From Candidatus Thorarchaeota archaeon (lineage in GTDB: Archaea > Asgardarchaeota > Thorarchaeia > Thorarchaeales > Thorarchaeaceae): DNA of 49,158 nt. The notes below the pieces were generated by a model. That model searched no databases and was not told the DNA's origin. It saw nothing but the letters and a program-made list of their open reading frames with translations. Shown in pieces: positions 47,016-49,158 of this stretch. The translations under genes and the position numbers were made by a program. The DNA lies in assembly GCA_016839605.1 (NCBI GenBank), contig JAEOTX010000096.1:1-49158 (forward strand), written 5' to 3'. Position 1 is the stretch's first letter. Each line of letters starts with the position of its first letter.

Positions 47016-47666
47016 TTATTGACTACGAGCGGGACCAAGTCTCAGCTGAGCGTGCTTATAGTCCCCGGGTTTATCACGAGATGCTATCTGTCGCTTCAAG
47101 CGTTCATAGTCCTCCTCGCAGTTGGACTCCAATTGAAATCTGGTCCACTTCAGCTTGATTTCCTCATCCGTGAATACATCAATATCCTTGGGTCCAGCAA
47201 GGAGGTCAATATCTGGCTGGACGCCTAGCTTCTCAAGGGTTTCTTCTATGAATCCACCACCTAGGAGAAGCCATACCTGGGCTTCCACATCAAACCAGAC
47301 ATCAATCACATTCCCGATCTTGATTCCATCTAAGTCGATGACCTTTGCCTTCGAAATCTGAGAGAGCTTCCTATCGGTGTCATCAATTGAGTCCTCGCAC
47401 AGAGTAGTGCAGAGAGTTTCCCCATCTACAGTCAGCGTCACTTTGTCTTCGGTGATAGCATCGATATGGTCGACGCTAAATATTGGATCCTTGTCTGGTC
47501 GTAAACCAATTGACTCCAGGAGCTCTTCTACTCGACTTCCGCCCACTATAACGGATTTGGGATTGAGTTTGTTATCGTCAATAGTGAAGATGAAATCGAT
47601 CACTGTTCCGAGAATTTCACCCTTTGAATCCACCACTGGCTTCTTTTTGATTTCACTGTACTTCAT
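47016..47666 (-). CDS. Tandem PRC-barrel domain protein
   Basis: Two repeats: SEIKKKPVVDSKGEILGTVID and SQISKAKVIDLDGIKIGNVID; ATG at 47666 likely (ORF track 47690). Confidence 0.8.
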   Translation of the reverse strand: MKYSEIKKKPVVDSKGEILGTVIDFIFTIDDNKLNPKSVIVGGSRVEELLESIGLRPDKDPIFSVDHIDAITEDKVTLTVDGETLCTTLCEDSIDDTDRKLSQISKAKVIDLDGIKIGNVIDVWFDVEAQVWLLLGGGFIEETLEKLGVQPDIDLLAGPKDIDVFTDEEIKLKWTRFQLESNCEEDYERLKRQIASRDKPGDYKHAQLRLGPARSQ

Positions 47667-47797
47667 GTTGATACATGGTAACATAGGCATACCTCGATTT
47701 GTTAACTATTGTGAAGTTATATAAGACTTGCCCTGTCTTTCTTGTGAAATTCAATGAAATCTATCTGCCTTAATAATCTCTGCTTTCAAGAGGGATA

Positions 47798-47823
47798 GAA
47801 AAGAAATGAGCCCAAAAGGGCTC
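47798..47823 (-). terminator. Short hairpin plus pyrimidine tract downstream of 47841..48143
   Basis: Minus strand GAGCCC-TTTT-GGGCTC followed by ATTTCTTTT. Confidence 0.5.
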
Positions 47824-47840
47824 GCAGTTAAGCTGAAAGT

Positions 47841-48143
47841 CTAATAGACTTCTCGAGGACTCTGCCGCAGTCTGTCGGGCAGTTGACCGCCCTCACCTAG
47901 GACTTCCAGCTCATGATCTCGGCCATAGCGGCCGCCATCACCAAACAGAAAGCCGGTCTTCTGAATCCCGCGAGCTTGGCGTTCAGCTGCTCTTCGCGTG
48001 ATCATTCCAACATTCGAGGGTACAGACAACAGCAGTTTCTTCTGTGTTTCATCAATGACGAGTAGAATGCTGTCATCACTAGTCGTCCGAGTTGTCTCAT
48101 GAAACTGCGAGTCATTTTGGTTAAACTCTAGGTAGTATGGCAT
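47841..48143 (-). CDS. Hypothetical 100-aa protein, possible single gelsolin-like domain
   Basis: GGAGG SD; DDSILLVIDETQKKLLL...RRAAERQAR...LEVLGEG pattern. Confidence 0.6.
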   Translation of the reverse strand: MPYYLEFNQNDSQFHETTRTTSDDSILLVIDETQKKLLLSVPSNVGMITRRAAERQARGIQKTGFLFGDGGRYGRDHELEVLGEGGQLPDRLRQSPREVY

Positions 48144-48221
48144 CTGAGTCTAATCCTCCATATGGGAGTATAATTGATTCTTCGTTGGATGCCATATATA
48201 CATTCTTTGCGTGAGTACTGC

Positions 48222-48911
48222 CTATGTAGGCAAGAGGTGTGCAGTGCCACAGTGGGAACACACAACTGCTTCTTCATAGGGCTCAGGAAGGGGAAGTGGA
48301 GCGCTACAATTCTGACATTTCAGTTCCTTAATCTCAGACCGTTCTTCTGCTGGAATGTCTAGACGAAAGACCTGTTGAGCAACATCACGGAGTGTCTTTC
48401 CAATCTTTCCCGCGGCTTGGGAGACCGCATTAGTTTCAGAGTCGGATAGAGACCCAAGTCCAACAGCCTTGAAGAAATTGTCAATAGCCCTGCCTATCTT
48501 TCCGAATAAAGACCCAGCCTTCCATGCCATTACATCGCTTACATGTAGTTCGATAAGTTCGTCATCAGGATGACCAGGAATCTGATATCCCCGCTTCCAG
48601 TCAATTCGTTCTGATCTTGTTGCTGATAGCTGCTGACCACAACTGGGACATCCAAGTCGCCATTCCTTTTTCCCAAACCAGCCTTTCTTGATCTTGATTT
48701 CCCCAGTATCATACCAACACCTCTTGTGGGCAACCTTGTCACAATTTGGACAAGAGAACAGGAAGTACTTGTCGGGCTTAGCCTGCTGTACCTTTCCAGC
48801 TGGGAGTTGAAGGTAGGCAAGGTCTCCTGAAGTATTGTTTAGGAGATATTTTCCGCAGATGAAGCATGTCTTCCCATCAAACTTGGCCATCTTATCAACT
48901 GGCACTCTCAA
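48222..48911 (-). CDS. Zinc-finger protein (N-terminal C4HC3 PHD/RING-variant finger, C-terminal zinc ribbon)
   Basis: CFIC...CPNCDKVAHKRC...W...CPSC and CQNC...CSHC. Confidence 0.75.
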   Translation of the reverse strand: MRVPVDKMAKFDGKTCFICGKYLLNNTSGDLAYLQLPAGKVQQAKPDKYFLFSCPNCDKVAHKRCWYDTGEIKIKKGWFGKKEWRLGCPSCGQQLSATRSERIDWKRGYQIPGHPDDELIELHVSDVMAWKAGSLFGKIGRAIDNFFKAVGLGSLSDSETNAVSQAAGKIGKTLRDVAQQVFRLDIPAEERSEIKELKCQNCSAPLPLPEPYEEAVVCSHCGTAHLLPT

Positions 48912-49096
48912 TTATGTACGCCTCATGCAGTGCTGATTCTTTTGGTCTTAAAGCCCTTCGCACCAATGCCATAGCATCTTATGACGTTGATACGAAACAT
49001 TGACGAAGGGAAAATCATAATTCTGTCGTGCTTCATCGCGTAATAGTGACTCATATTAGCATGTAGAGGTTATGCAAGAAGAAGAGGATTTGCCAT

Positions 49097-49158
49097 ATGT
49101 TCGACTTGATCCAAGAAGGTGAAACAGGTCCGGGTCTTGTAGCGAGGACAATGGTCTA
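49097..49158 (+). CDS. Possible 5' end of a gene running off the window
   Basis: GAGGA SD-like sequence, then ATG and an open frame MFDLIQEGETGPGLVARTMV. Confidence 0.4.
   Translation, partial: MFDLIQEGETGPGLVARTMV

Noticed and set aside
14716-47843. Genome-wide TAG reassignment
   Set aside because: Many genes (class III aminotransferase, pckG, EamA, MtaA2 and others) end at TAG at their expected C-termini, so any read-through at 27292 would be site-specific
1-49158. Transposases, integrases, prophage, rRNA or tRNA genes
   Set aside because: None recognised by eye in the ORFs or intergenic regions

Overview
Archaeal genomic window, most likely Asgard/Thorarchaeota-type. That assignment is an inference from the gene content, a selenocysteine gene with a eukaryote-type SECIS, and several eukaryote-like domain proteins. 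Bases 1.5-20.4 kb (minus strand) hold a very large hydrogenase/heterodisulfide-reductase locus: hdrC-hdrB-hdrA-mvhD-hdrA'-wHTH, a stand-alone hdrL, then hdrC-hdrB-hdrL'-hdrA''-mvhD-wHTH-vhuG-vhuA-vhuU. The ORF track misses vhuU (1578..1742, minus), a 54-aa selenoprotein with an in-frame UGA in RCYDC-U-LSCGAH that supplies the Ni/Fe-binding motif absent from VhuA. Its Sec codon sits at the base of a ~30-bp coding hairpin that abuts an AUGA/AAA/UGA SECIS, and the SECIS AUGA is also the gene's stop codon. Degenerate copies of this 3' element recur after a nucleotidyltransferase toxin-antitoxin-like pair and after ssb. Bases 20.9-42.8 kb form a catabolic island: two MtaA-family methyltransferases and a corrinoid protein whose TAG is in frame with the second methyltransferase; an amidinotransferase-family enzyme, a variant transcarbamylase and three aminotransferases; a GlcD/Fe-S/CCG dehydrogenase, an ECF transporter, LarA, GTP-PEPCK and an AOR-family oxidoreductase. 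The last 6 kb encode EamA, an Eis-type GNAT, a tandem PRC barrel, and candidate adaptin-platform-like, gelsolin-like and PHD-finger proteins.
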